From the IMG/VR virus record IMGVR_UViG_3300022690_000671, positions 15,948 to 79,947 of that record: DNA of 64,000 nucleotides. One strand, 5' to 3'. Below the pieces are notes generated by a model. That model saw only the letters and a program-made list of their open reading frames with translations. It ran no database searches and had not been told where the DNA came from. The position numbers and the translations under genes are program-made. Below, piece by piece: positions 1 to 10,129 of the stretch. Source of the stretch: a virus. Position 1 is the first letter of the stretch; every line of letters begins with the position of its first letter.

Positions 1-1
1 A

Positions 2-1477
2 GCAGGGGGAGATAAAACTCTTGTCAGAAATTTAGGTGGTTTAGCTGAAGACGGGTTTGCGCTTGGATCGAAAGATGGGCGCGTTGGTACTACATCCACA
101 AATGGGGTTCAGACGTTTGATCTTGTAGGAGGAGGTAATGTCACAGCCTATGAAACTATCAATGGTACTAGAACGGGTATGGAAATTACCCAAACTGGAG
201 GAACAGAAGATATTTATTACACGTCGGGTGCTCTTGTCCATAAGGGTCAGAACGGATCTTCCGTGGCATCTAAGGATGCTGGGCATGGTAATATTGACGA
301 CGGTTACATATTTCATGACGCAACAAATAATGAAGTCATCCTGGTTGCTAATGGCTTCCTGGTTGTTATGGACGATGCTCTGACTACCATAGCAATTGAT
401 GTTCTTCTAACGGCAACAATTGCTGCTCCTCAATGTGTTGGATATGACGACGCGTCAAGAGTGGCATATGTGTTTGGAGATGATATTGCCAATGCTTCGG
501 CTAAGACTTTGTTTGAGGTAAGTAGAGACGGATTAACAATAACAGCAATATTTGATGCAACAGCCTCGGCCTTTACTGTCAAACAAAACTCACAGGGCGT
601 CCACGCATTTTTGGTAATATCAGACGGTTGTGTTGCGTCTATTCCTTCCCAAATTAGTCAAGAAGGTGGAAATGGAATCGTCTTCTTCGAGGAAAGTGTT
701 GGTCTGCGTTGGTTTACGTTAGATGATCCTACGACCGTTACAACAATTACAGGAACACCAACGACTGGTATTGCTGCTAATAGCGTATTCTATGACTTTA
801 CTAATGATCGCGTCTACTACGTTAGAGCGGGGTCGCTTCGCTATATTAAGAGAACTGGTGGGACAGAAATTACGATAGGGGTCGTAACTGGAACTCATAC
901 AGGACACGATATTACGAGAAGAGAAGTCTTTGTCGTTGATGATTCAGATGGCGGCGTTGATGTGTATAACATCGATACAGGTGCGCTTGTGTTATCTGCA
1001 TTTACTGGAGAGACATCCAAATCTCAACAAGCTATTGAGTATGATCCAACCACTGATGATTTTTGGTTGGGCGACAATACAGATGCGACGGACGAAATGC
1101 GTATAGGAGACCGACCTGACGCGACAGGTATCGTAGTGGCATTTAATCTCGACAGTCAGGGCGGGGCATCCTGCGACGACTTTGCTATTAGTGGTATAAA
1201 CCGAGAAATTTTCCGTGCTAGGGGAGCATCTATTGTTCGTCATGATGCAATTGATACGACGGGCACAGATACCAGTATCAAAACCGGACTTCTTGGAGCC
1301 GGGGCCGTAGCTATAATTTTCAATCATGAAGATTCTTTAGTATATTACTCAGAACAAGTTGGTGCAGGTGCCGCTTATAATATTCGAAGATTCACTCGAA
1401 CAGGTACTTCTGATACTTTACTTTACGCTGGAGCATCGACAAATGTCATCTCTTCTATTTCATTCATTACAGTTTAA
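2..1477 (+). CDS. Virion protein with beta-propeller-like repeats (tail/receptor-binding candidate), 5'-partial
   Basis: The frame of ORF 179..1477 is open back to base 2. G/T/D-rich, with repeated short beta-strand motifs (VFYDFTNDRVYY, IEYDPTTDDFW, IIFNHEDSLVYY). First gene of the + strand structural run. Confidence 0.55.
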   Translation, partial: AGGDKTLVRNLGGLAEDGFALGSKDGRVGTTSTNGVQTFDLVGGGNVTAYETINGTRTGMEITQTGGTEDIYYTSGALVHKGQNGSSVASKDAGHGNIDDGYIFHDATNNEVILVANGFLVVMDDALTTIAIDVLLTATIAAPQCVGYDDASRVAYVFGDDIANASAKTLFEVSRDGLTITAIFDATASAFTVKQNSQGVHAFLVISDGCVASIPSQISQEGGNGIVFFEESVGLRWFTLDDPTTVTTITGTPTTGIAANSVFYDFTNDRVYYVRAGSLRYIKRTGGTEITIGVVTGTHTGHDITRREVFVVDDSDGGVDVYNIDTGALVLSAFTGETSKSQQAIEYDPTTDDFWLGDNTDATDEMRIGDRPDATGIVVAFNLDSQGGASCDDFAISGINREIFRARGASIVRHDAIDTTGTDTSIKTGLLGAGAVAIIFNHEDSLVYYSEQVGAGAAYNIRRFTRTGTSDTLLYAGASTNVISSISFITV

Positions 1478-2082
1478 TGGCGAACTTAAATAAAGACATA
1501 TTAGAGACTGAAGTTAGACGCATACTCGACGAGTTTACACTCAGTGGAGAACTCGTTATTACAAGTGCTGATATGGAGGACGTTGCATCTAGTAACTTTG
1601 AATCTATTGATATTGGTAATGAACTCGATAGAGCGGCAAGATGGACCACCTCTCGTGTAAAGTCTACTCATTTGCCTAATCTTATTGTCGCATCATTAAC
1701 TGTCCCCTTACGCGCTATACGTCTATTAGGAAGTCGTGTTACTTTTAATAGTTTAAATGCAAACAGACGAACATTTAACGGCGACCGAAAAATAGAGGTA
1801 TCTGGTCGAGCAGCGACAGACGCTTTTCCTGTTTATATTTTCGAAGATGTAGAATTTGAAATCCGTGGTGTCGCAAAAAATCCTAGTGGCGCAACAGCAG
1901 ACTGGATTATTTATCCTCTACTTGTAAGTGAACTAACAGATATTTTCAGAAATGCAGTTGTACAACGTACTGCTGCAATTCTGTTTTTGGTTCTAGGACA
2001 AGCTAGTACGGCTAAGATTGCATTTGAACAAGCTAATGCCGAAATTGAAAGATATCGTTTAATAAATTTACGCTCTACATAA
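1477..2082 (+). CDS. Putative tail adaptor/ring protein
   Basis: 201 aa. Paralogue of the next ORF (RR..E.SGRAA...FPVY.[FY]ED). Size and position before the nozzle-like gene are typical of podovirus adaptors. Confidence 0.5.
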   Translation: MANLNKDILETEVRRILDEFTLSGELVITSADMEDVASSNFESIDIGNELDRAARWTTSRVKSTHLPNLIVASLTVPLRAIRLLGSRVTFNSLNANRRTFNGDRKIEVSGRAATDAFPVYIFEDVEFEIRGVAKNPSGATADWIIYPLLVSELTDIFRNAVVQRTAAILFLVLGQASTAKIAFEQANAEIERYRLINLRST

Positions 2083-2083
2083 C

Positions 2084-2743
2084 ATGGCTATTTTAGTATC
2101 AGATATTATTGTTCAAATTAGGCGTAAGTTAGATCAACGTCCGTTGGAAAACGAGGATGTCCAAACGGATTCCGCTGTTATTGGATCTCCCTCGACTAAT
2201 TTTGGGGATCTTAATTTGCTTACTCGTATTAATCATGCAGTTGTCTTCATTGCTAAACAGGTAAAAGCAATGCATATATCGGCGTCAATTTCCAACTACA
2301 CCGGGCCTTTTCCTGATGTAGCAGCAAACGCCGATCTTTTAAGGCCGCTTTTTAGCCGAGTTTTTGCAAATACGATAAGAGCAACACAACGAAGCGTCGA
2401 CCGACAACGTAGATTAGAAAATAGTGGCAGGGCCGCATCTGCAACTTTTCCAGTTTATACCTACGAAGATGGTAAACTGGAAATAACACCAAGTAGCGGA
2501 ACTGATAATGCTTTTATCGTCATAGTTCCCACTATACTGACAACAACTAATCAGAACTTGGGAATTGATGAACGTTTTGAAGCGGCTGTTATTTGGCACG
2601 TTGTAGCTTCGTGTTATGAAACCATGAGACAAACTGATATGCATTCGGCATTTATGGTTCTTTTTCAAGACGAGATTCAACCTTACTTGTTGGATAATAG
2701 GTTGGACAACGTGTTCGATGAGCGAGAAACGGCGACGGAGTAA
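2084..2743 (+). CDS. Putative tail adaptor/ring protein (paralogue of 1477..2082)
   Basis: 219 aa. Adaptor-like N-terminus (SDIIVQIRRKLDQ...LLTRINHA) plus the shared SGRAA...FPVY motif. Confidence 0.55.
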   Translation: MAILVSDIIVQIRRKLDQRPLENEDVQTDSAVIGSPSTNFGDLNLLTRINHAVVFIAKQVKAMHISASISNYTGPFPDVAANADLLRPLFSRVFANTIRATQRSVDRQRRLENSGRAASATFPVYTYEDGKLEITPSSGTDNAFIVIVPTILTTTNQNLGIDERFEAAVIWHVVASCYETMRQTDMHSAFMVLFQDEIQPYLLDNRLDNVFDERETATE

Positions 2744-2769
2744 ATTAAAAGATTTAAAGGTTAGAAATT

Positions 2770-3426
2770 ATGAGTTGCCCTGTAGTTACTATTATCACCG
2801 GCATCATTGCTGTTGCCGATTTGAGAATCATAATGGGAGATCCTACGCTTGATCAAGCTGAAATAGGATGGATGTCCAATGATATGTTATGTAACATCAT
2901 TCAGGAACATCATGATGCATTAGTAGAAGAGACCGATCATATTATTGGGTCGTTGGTCATGGAAGGTCGTAGTCCTGGACCGCCGGAAGTTTTTGAAGTC
3001 GTGGCTTTTACAGATGCAAACTCAACAAACCATCCTAATATAGCCAATGCCGTTGTTGCGGCCACAAATTATCCCTGGTCCACTTTTGCATACGTTACTA
3101 CAACTGGGGCAACTTTAGATTTTGATCCTGGTTTTCTTCGAACAGTAAAGACTTCTCCAGTAGGCGTTGTACGAAATAGATTTACACTTCAGGATAGAGA
3201 AATATTCTGGATCCCTGATGGTCTGGCCATTGAGATTTACTTACCTAATCTCACACTTTTAAGAAACTTTCACGCATCAGGTGAAATGATTAGACGAACA
3301 AACGAGTCTATCAAACAAGATGCATTTAGAGCACTACAACGTCGCATTGCTGAAGGTGCTCGGCAAGAGGGTACGTTGTTCGAAACAGATCGCCAACTCG
3401 GTGAACTGGATGAATTTATTCAATAG
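2770..3426 (+). CDS. Putative virion protein
   Basis: 218-aa ORF in the structural operon. Confidence 0.45.
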   Translation: MSCPVVTIITGIIAVADLRIIMGDPTLDQAEIGWMSNDMLCNIIQEHHDALVEETDHIIGSLVMEGRSPGPPEVFEVVAFTDANSTNHPNIANAVVAATNYPWSTFAYVTTTGATLDFDPGFLRTVKTSPVGVVRNRFTLQDREIFWIPDGLAIEIYLPNLTLLRNFHASGEMIRRTNESIKQDAFRALQRRIAEGARQEGTLFETDRQLGELDEFIQ

Positions 3427-3437
3427 GAGGTATTACC

Positions 3438-3683
3438 ATGAGTGAGACACGTTATATCACAGTAGTCACAAACTTAAAGGTACAAGCTACATCCAGAAAT
3501 GCAGCATTGAAACTTGCCAAAAAATATGTTAATATTAATACTGGACCTGGTGATACAGTAACCCAAATCGAAGGTGAAACTACCTTTTATGATATGACAG
3601 ATTCTCATACAGAAAATTATGAAGAAATCGAAGATGAGACCGAGGACGATGTATTGAGAGAAACCGATAACTTTATCCAATAG
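3438..3683 (+). CDS. Hypothetical acidic protein (paralogue of the N-terminus of 3696..4307)
   Basis: GGAGG RBS. MS.TR...V..V.VQA.S..AALKLA..YV.I.TGPGD is shared with the next ORF. Confidence 0.7.
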   Translation: MSETRYITVVTNLKVQATSRNAALKLAKKYVNINTGPGDTVTQIEGETTFYDMTDSHTENYEEIEDETEDDVLRETDNFIQ

Positions 3684-3695
3684 AGAGGTATTACC

Positions 3696-4307
3696 ATGAG
3701 TAAGACACGTTTTGTAAGTATTGTTACAGTCGTAGAAGTTCAAGCTTCATCCAATGATGCGGCTCTTAAACTCGCAAGAAGGTATGTTGATATTAGTACT
3801 GGACCTGGCGATATCGTAAATGTTGTAGAAAACAAAACTCGTTTCTATGATATAACTGAGGACTATATTTTCTATGAACTTTATGACGCGGAGGAAGTCG
3901 AAGAGTATGAAGAATACGAAGATTATATAGAGACCGAAGATCAGGGAGTTTCCGATGGGACCACAACGTCGGACTATGTGCCGCTTATCAATTTCGACGA
4001 AGACAAGTTCGATGATGACGGTGGTCGTACTTATTTCGATGCAGATGAGGAATTACGATTACTTAAACTTGAGATTGAAGAAGAGGCTGAGGTAGATAAA
4101 GCTGTTATTTCAGCATTAGACCAAGCCCATAAAGATACGAAGGAATACCAAGAAAATGGTCGAACCTATTTCGATGTAGACGAGGAATTGCGCCTTGTTC
4201 AAGAAGAGGCTGAAGTTGATGGTTCTATTACTTCAGCATTAACTCAAACATATGAAACTGCTATGAGAGAACTAGGCGATAAGAACTACCAAAAAAACGC
4301 AGAATAA
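3696..4307 (+). CDS. Hypothetical acidic protein with internal repeat
   Basis: GAGG RBS. GRTYFD.DEELRL...EEAEVD occurs twice. Confidence 0.7.
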   Translation: MSKTRFVSIVTVVEVQASSNDAALKLARRYVDISTGPGDIVNVVENKTRFYDITEDYIFYELYDAEEVEEYEEYEDYIETEDQGVSDGTTTSDYVPLINFDEDKFDDDGGRTYFDADEELRLLKLEIEEEAEVDKAVISALDQAHKDTKEYQENGRTYFDVDEELRLVQEEAEVDGSITSALTQTYETAMRELGDKNYQKNAE

Positions 4308-4310
4308 ATT

Positions 4311-4709
4311 ATGGCCCTTACAGACGATCAAATAAGTCGTCTTGGTTATCGCCAAGCATTGACTACAAACAGTTCGCTGCCGTCCGATGATATAAACATC
4401 GGCCTTATATATATTCCATTGGCTAGAAATCTGATGGAAGATCGTTCTACGTATCTAACAGCAACTGATGCTCCGGACGTAGCAGATTTGGCAATAATCG
4501 AGTTTGTTAGATTGACACTTCTTGGCCTTCAGCCGGAAACTGATGTAAGATTTACGACGATGAAGATGAGATGGATGCAATCGGCATCTATTTCTAGACA
4601 ACAAGAAGCTGAAGTTTCGTCCGATTGTTATCAAGATCCGAAATTTAATAAGTTTCGGAAACGCCTTCGTAATTTCTCTGTTCGGGAGAATCTTTGTCCT
4701 GACAATTAA
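4311..4709 (+). CDS. Hypothetical protein (possible virion protein)
   Basis: 132-aa ORF tightly packed in the operon. Confidence 0.55.
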   Translation: MALTDDQISRLGYRQALTTNSSLPSDDINIGLIYIPLARNLMEDRSTYLTATDAPDVADLAIIEFVRLTLLGLQPETDVRFTTMKMRWMQSASISRQQEAEVSSDCYQDPKFNKFRKRLRNFSVRENLCPDN

Positions 4710-5053
4710 TGGAAATTACTGTAGAAGTCCTTCAAGAAGCTATTGCTCGATACTGTGAAAAATATCACACTCAAGTTGTCGACCTTAAAGAAATTGCTAA
4801 AGAATTAGGAGATCCTTCATTAACACTTCCTAAAATATTTGAGGTGATTGGAAAATCAACTAATCCTCTTAATTTAGGATCTACATTGCCTCCTTTTATT
4901 ATAGGAGATGTTATGATAGATCTTCCTTTGTATTCGATTCTACGATCTCCTGTAAGAGACGGAGGATTTCCTCATCGAATTATGCGTTTGACATATGAAG
5001 AAGCAAAAAAGATTAGAAAACAACGTCGAGAAATGAATACGTGCTCTGATTAA
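4709..5053 (+). CDS. Hypothetical protein
   Basis: 114-aa ORF with a TAATG overlap with the upstream stop. Confidence 0.55.
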   Translation: MEITVEVLQEAIARYCEKYHTQVVDLKEIAKELGDPSLTLPKIFEVIGKSTNPLNLGSTLPPFIIGDVMIDLPLYSILRSPVRDGGFPHRIMRLTYEEAKKIRKQRREMNTCSD

Positions 5054-5057
5054 TCCT

Positions 5058-5915
5058 ATGGAATTTATAATTGATATCAAAAATAGAATGGGCGTGTATA
5101 CCATTACCAATTTGGTGAATCGAAAGGTATATTTTGGATCTACCACTGTGTGTTTACATAAACGTATGATTCGTCATCTTTCTAGGTTAAAAAGTAAAAA
5201 GCATCGTAACAAATATCTTCAACGTTCATTTGACAAATATGGCGAAGAAAATTTTTATTTTGAGGTTTTAGAAATTGTTGACAAAAAAGAAGATGTTAGA
5301 ACACGAGAAGCGTTTTGGTTAAATGCTTTTTGGGGTAGCGGAAGAATATATAATCTAGTTAAAGTTGATGGTTATAATGTAGGAGATAAACCGTCAAACT
5401 ATTTAAGCGAAAAATATCAAGGCGAGGAACTTATTGATCCGGATGGTAATATTATCTTGTTTGAAGGAACTTGTGCTAATTTCGCAAGGAAACATGACAT
5501 TTGCGCTACCGGATTATATAGATTATTCAATGGGATAAGTCGTCACAGTCAAGGATGGTCTCTTAAAAAACACAACCTTCCATCTTTCGTTTCTCCCGAA
5601 GGAGTTATTTATGATCGTATTTATAATATTGCCTTATTTGCGAGAAAACATAATTTGAACAAAAGTTCATTACAACAACTGGTTCGTCATGAAATAAAAT
5701 ATCATAATGGGTGGACATTGGTGGGGAGTTATTTACCTACTTTGATTTCACCAGAAGGTAAAATATTCGAGAGAGTTTGCAATTTAAGTTCATTTGCTAA
5801 AAAGAATAATTTATCGGGATCTATGTTAAGTAGTATGATTCTTGGTAATCAACGAACACACAAAGGTTGGACTTGCGTTAATCCTAAAACAAAAAAAATC
5901 ATTCTACAGGATTAA
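5058..5915 (+). CDS. Free-standing GIY-YIG homing endonuclease with repeated C-terminal DNA-binding modules
   Basis: GVYTITNLVNRKVYFGST, R..H, E..W and YN motifs. Three repeats of (S/D)P(E/D)G...FA.K..L...H.GW. Confidence 0.9.
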   Translation: MEFIIDIKNRMGVYTITNLVNRKVYFGSTTVCLHKRMIRHLSRLKSKKHRNKYLQRSFDKYGEENFYFEVLEIVDKKEDVRTREAFWLNAFWGSGRIYNLVKVDGYNVGDKPSNYLSEKYQGEELIDPDGNIILFEGTCANFARKHDICATGLYRLFNGISRHSQGWSLKKHNLPSFVSPEGVIYDRIYNIALFARKHNLNKSSLQQLVRHEIKYHNGWTLVGSYLPTLISPEGKIFERVCNLSSFAKKNNLSGSMLSSMILGNQRTHKGWTCVNPKTKKIILQD

Positions 5916-5917
5916 AT

Positions 5918-8900
5918 ATGGCCCAACAGAAGACAATTCGCTTCAGCCAAGGACTTCGTAGGCTTGAGCATTCACAGCTACAACACCCATTTTTGATGCG
6001 AAATAGTCGCATAGAAAAATTGGGCGATGTACGACACGTCAAGACTGGTGTGACGCTTGGAGACGACTGTCCGGGCGGTGCCAAGCCTTGGTTTCGCCAC
6101 GACGATGCGTGGATTACTGCTGCCGATGGTGTTCTATCTGGGGACTTCTTTAAACGTAGACTTTATACGTCCGATTTCGTTAATCAAAAACTTCAGAAAA
6201 GAGATCTGGATAACAATATCATTGAGGACCCTGCTTATCTTTTCAGGGTTAATTTCATTAGTGGAGCCAATGAAGGATTCAGTGCCGACTCTTCTGATAT
6301 TGAAGGAATCACGAATGGTAAAGCAGTAGATTATGTTTTCATTCCACATAACGAAAATGATGAGGCGGGGCCTTGGCATTTTCTTACATTTATCGCTAGA
6401 AATCCTGATGCTGCATCTGGTGACATTGTTGTTCAAAAACCAAAATGGAGAATGTTGGCTAATGGTGAAGCTGCATATGTAGATGTTTATCGCACTGTAG
6501 AATATGATTTGACGAACAGGTGGAAATATCAATTCCGTGGAGTTCGTGGACTTCAGGATACTGAAACTACTGAAGTTTTCGATGTTTTAGGACGTAAAGT
6601 AAATCCTGTACATGTTACATCTTTATTTGAACGACAAAGTACCGGGATACCTGCTTCTGCGTTCCATTTCGAAGGCAGAATGACATTAGGCGATCAAATT
6701 ACTCAACCCGATTCGTCGTTTATGGTCGGAGAAGATGCTTTTATAGGGGAATATGAATCGGCCAGGTATTGGCCACTAAACATCGAAAAGAAAGATCAGG
6801 GTACATCAGATGCTCTTGGCCCTATTCTCGATAAACAACATAATTTTTGGTCCGCACAAAAAACAATAAGTGGCGGTGGGTTGCTCAATACAGCCGATAA
6901 TGGCGTAACTGGTCCTGTAGCAAAAACCATGTTTAACCATGCTGGTAGAATGATGTATGGAAATGTTAAAATTCCGTTGAAAAAGCCTAACCCTACTATT
7001 CATTACAATATTTCGACGCTTCAGGCGGCTGGTGATTTTACAGTTCGTTTTCAATATGAATATGATACTCCAGAAGGAAGAATATATGGCCCCCTTTCTG
7101 AAATTATGAATCGTGTTACTACTGTAGTGCCGTGGGAAGGCGAAGATGCTTTACTTGTTTTTGCGGAGGGACCCGGTCTTGGTAGCGGAGAGAAACTGAT
7201 TGAAAGAATTGAACCTAATGAAGCAGGTAAATATGTATCGACCTACAATATTCTTGGAGGCAACTTTACATATACTTCAGTTGGATTAGAGGACAAGATT
7301 CAAACCGGAGCATCTTTTGTGTCTGGACCCAATATAATTAGCGCTACTGTTTCTCTACCTAACTTTGTTTTCATGGCCGACCAAAATAGACCATTTGAAG
7401 TGACTTATGTAGGATTTCCCGCACCCGATAGTCAAGAAATCGTTGCTCTAACGGGAACACGACTAGCTGAGGAGGAAGCTCTAAAAGGATATGATTTTTA
7501 CGTGTTTACAGATAAACATGTGTACCACGCCCAACGTAACGATAGTACGGTTGTTTTGGATTTTCTAATTCACGGGGCTGGACTTCTAAGAGGAAACGCA
7601 GAGAACCCTCTATATATTGCTGTACGCGACGGAGTAGCATTTGCTGGTACTGATAACAAAATTTATTTTGCGTCTGGTAGACGCACCACAGAACTCTCAC
7701 AGGAGGTTCTGGGCAACGACGGAGTGCGTCCCCTTTGGACAAGCGTAAAAGACATTACATATTCAAACTTATGGAATGAGGTTGAGGTAGGAACTGACAC
7801 CGGAGTCTGGGTCTATAGTTTTGACCAGACCGGATGGATTGCTCATCGTGACTTTAAAGCATATGAGACTCTTTTGAATCCTGGAGGAGAAGCACCTTCC
7901 TCTCAAACTGCACCATATGATATTTCAGTGTTTTGGGAAAAATCATTTACGCCCAGTGTTTCGGTTCTGACTCACAATGCACAACAAGTGATTACCATCA
8001 CCGATTTTGGTATTACTGCGGAGGTAACAGCAACAACTCTCATGCTTTTTGATGTTCAGGTAAATGGTCTTTCACGAGGCGAGATTGCTTTATCAGGAAC
8101 ATCTAGTTTTTACAATGGGAACACAATAGTTCTTCTTCCCGGCGAACAATTGGATATCGTTGCCCCAAGCGTTGTTGATTCTAATGTTCAGGATTCTCTT
8201 ATTTTTGCTGAAGCAACAGCAGAATTTTTGTTACCTCCTGGTTTTGTGATAGAAACAAGAACAGAGGCTTATGATATTTCGGCATTTTGGGAAAGTCGTT
8301 TGTTCGACGAAACGGCACTACCAGCACCCACGATTCTGCCAAATCAGGAAGTATTAAGACATATTGTCAGGCGTAATGATATTACTATAACAGAATTTGG
8401 TGCTGCTGTTGAAACCATATCTACTTCGTTGGGTACTTTATTTGACGTATATATAAACGGAACAGTTATCGGACAGATAGTTCTTCCAGTTGGAGCCCTA
8501 TCGTCTACTCTATGGTCAGGACCAAGTTCAATCTCCGTGTCTCAGGGAGATATCATTCGTATCGTAGGACCAACATTACCTGATTTTCACTTAGCAGATA
8601 TAAATGTTTTTGCTACTGCTACAATACAAGTACAAGTTACCGTTGCTGATCCTGATATTGAAGACGACGACAATGCGACAGAATTTATAGATTCGGCACA
8701 TCTATATTATTGGCACGAACGCCGAGGAACCATTATTAAAGATAAACCTTTACAAGGTAGTGATCCTGGTCCTCCTGAATGTGTTCTTTGGAATGGTCAA
8801 GGACCCATAATTACTCCAAACTTTATAGAAATGCAACCGATAAGGTCTTCTATTACAATGAAAGTTAAAGAACTTCGTTGCGATTTTGATCCTCTTTCAA

Positions 8901-9307
8901 GAATAGTTCAAGGAGCAGTTTCCGATACTTTCTTGTCGATAGATCCACTGAGCGGATTTGCCGCATTTAACGATGTTCACGGTGCTGTACGTATGATCGA
9001 TAGATTCGGGACCGGATTTGATCATAACGCGTATGTTAGTCGTATTTTAGGTACGACGTTTCTTGAACTAACGGACAATGCAAGAGGAGGGTTTACCGGA
9101 AAGGTGGATATCGGGCAGACTCTTAAAGTTAGATATCGTGTACGAACGTCTGGTGTTAATCGTGTACATGATCAATTGTTTGATCTTCCTCCCGGAAGGG
9201 TGAGATATTTACGCAACAGAGGTCGAAGCGTCCAGATAAGAGTATCTAACTATGACTTGTTTAGGGAGATATTTATTCTTTTCGACGTTGACATAGAAAT
9301 TGACTAA
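5918..9307 (+). CDS. Putative tail nozzle/stabilization protein
   Basis: 1129 aa, between the adaptor-like genes and the ejection-protein genes. Propeller-like segment (GVAFAGTDNKIYF, VWVYSFDQTGW). Confidence 0.55.
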   Translation: MAQQKTIRFSQGLRRLEHSQLQHPFLMRNSRIEKLGDVRHVKTGVTLGDDCPGGAKPWFRHDDAWITAADGVLSGDFFKRRLYTSDFVNQKLQKRDLDNNIIEDPAYLFRVNFISGANEGFSADSSDIEGITNGKAVDYVFIPHNENDEAGPWHFLTFIARNPDAASGDIVVQKPKWRMLANGEAAYVDVYRTVEYDLTNRWKYQFRGVRGLQDTETTEVFDVLGRKVNPVHVTSLFERQSTGIPASAFHFEGRMTLGDQITQPDSSFMVGEDAFIGEYESARYWPLNIEKKDQGTSDALGPILDKQHNFWSAQKTISGGGLLNTADNGVTGPVAKTMFNHAGRMMYGNVKIPLKKPNPTIHYNISTLQAAGDFTVRFQYEYDTPEGRIYGPLSEIMNRVTTVVPWEGEDALLVFAEGPGLGSGEKLIERIEPNEAGKYVSTYNILGGNFTYTSVGLEDKIQTGASFVSGPNIISATVSLPNFVFMADQNRPFEVTYVGFPAPDSQEIVALTGTRLAEEEALKGYDFYVFTDKHVYHAQRNDSTVVLDFLIHGAGLLRGNAENPLYIAVRDGVAFAGTDNKIYFASGRRTTELSQEVLGNDGVRPLWTSVKDITYSNLWNEVEVGTDTGVWVYSFDQTGWIAHRDFKAYETLLNPGGEAPSSQTAPYDISVFWEKSFTPSVSVLTHNAQQVITITDFGITAEVTATTLMLFDVQVNGLSRGEIALSGTSSFYNGNTIVLLPGEQLDIVAPSVVDSNVQDSLIFAEATAEFLLPPGFVIETRTEAYDISAFWESRLFDETALPAPTILPNQEVLRHIVRRNDITITEFGAAVETISTSLGTLFDVYINGTVIGQIVLPVGALSSTLWSGPSSISVSQGDIIRIVGPTLPDFHLADINVFATATIQVQVTVADPDIEDDDNATEFIDSAHLYYWHERRGTIIKDKPLQGSDPGPPECVLWNGQGPIITPNFIEMQPIRSSITMKVKELRCDFDPLSRIVQGAVSDTFLSIDPLSGFAAFNDVHGAVRMIDRFGTGFDHNAYVSRILGTTFLELTDNARGGFTGKVDIGQTLKVRYRVRTSGVNRVHDQLFDLPPGRVRYLRNRGRSVQIRVSNYDLFREIFILFDVDIEID

Positions 9308-9362
9308 CATTTTAAAAATCGTTAATTTAAATATAGTAGTAACTTAAACGCAGGTATAAATT

Positions 9363-10127
9363 TTGGACCCCTTAACTTTAGCTTTACTTAGTAACATTGG
9401 TATCCCAATAGCATCCGGCCTAATTAGTCGAGCTTTTGGCGGCACCCCCCGTGTACCTGATTTTGTCCGCCCCGCATTACAAGCAGCCGAGGAAGCGCTT
9501 CGTCGTACCGAAGATTTTGGAGAAAGACAATTACAGAGAACTGAAGGTGAACTAGCTGCACAGGGCGTAACCGGATTCGCTGGTGGAACTGCCGCGAGAG
9601 AAGCCATTTCTCGTCGTGTTGGAGACGTTTTTGCGTCGGTCAGAGCATCCTCCTTGGACGCAATAACAAGAGCAAGACAACAGCAAGAGTTGGCCGAGAC
9701 CCAACTCGCTAATCAGCAAGTGACCCAGACTCGCGGTGCTATTCAGAGAGCAGCATCAGGTGCGGGTCAGATAGGAAATTTTTTCGTACAACAAAGTCTT
9801 CTGGATTCTGGTGATTCAATACTTGCTCCAGCCCAACAAGGGGCAGTTAGTGGTGGTATTACTCCTCCTCCTATCCCTCAACTTCCTCCGTTTCAACCAT
9901 TTAGTGAAGCCGCGCTTATGCAGCAACAACAAATAAGTAGTCTTATTTCACAAGGTGGCGCAAATTTATTAGAATTTGATGAGAGAGGCATACCAGGATT
10001 TTCAGTAACACCAACAAATCCTCTCAATAGAAATTTGGGTGGACAACAAACTATTTTTGACGGTATTGGACAGGATCTAAATCGTCCATTAACTCCGGAA
10101 CTACTCTTTCAAATTCTTAATAGGTAA
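9363..10127 (+). CDS. Putative internal virion/ejection protein
   Basis: TTG start. N-terminus MDPLTLALL..G...ASGLIS..FGG and A/Q/G-rich coiled coil are typical of ejected proteins. Confidence 0.6.
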   Translation: MDPLTLALLSNIGIPIASGLISRAFGGTPRVPDFVRPALQAAEEALRRTEDFGERQLQRTEGELAAQGVTGFAGGTAAREAISRRVGDVFASVRASSLDAITRARQQQELAETQLANQQVTQTRGAIQRAASGAGQIGNFFVQQSLLDSGDSILAPAQQGAVSGGITPPPIPQLPPFQPFSEAALMQQQQISSLISQGGANLLEFDERGIPGFSVTPTNPLNRNLGGQQTIFDGIGQDLNRPLTPELLFQILNR

Positions 10128-10129
10128 AA

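Noticed and set aside
5058-5915. Group I intron around the GIY-YIG gene
   Set aside because: The ORF abuts both neighbours (4 and 2 nt gaps), leaving no room for an intron core.
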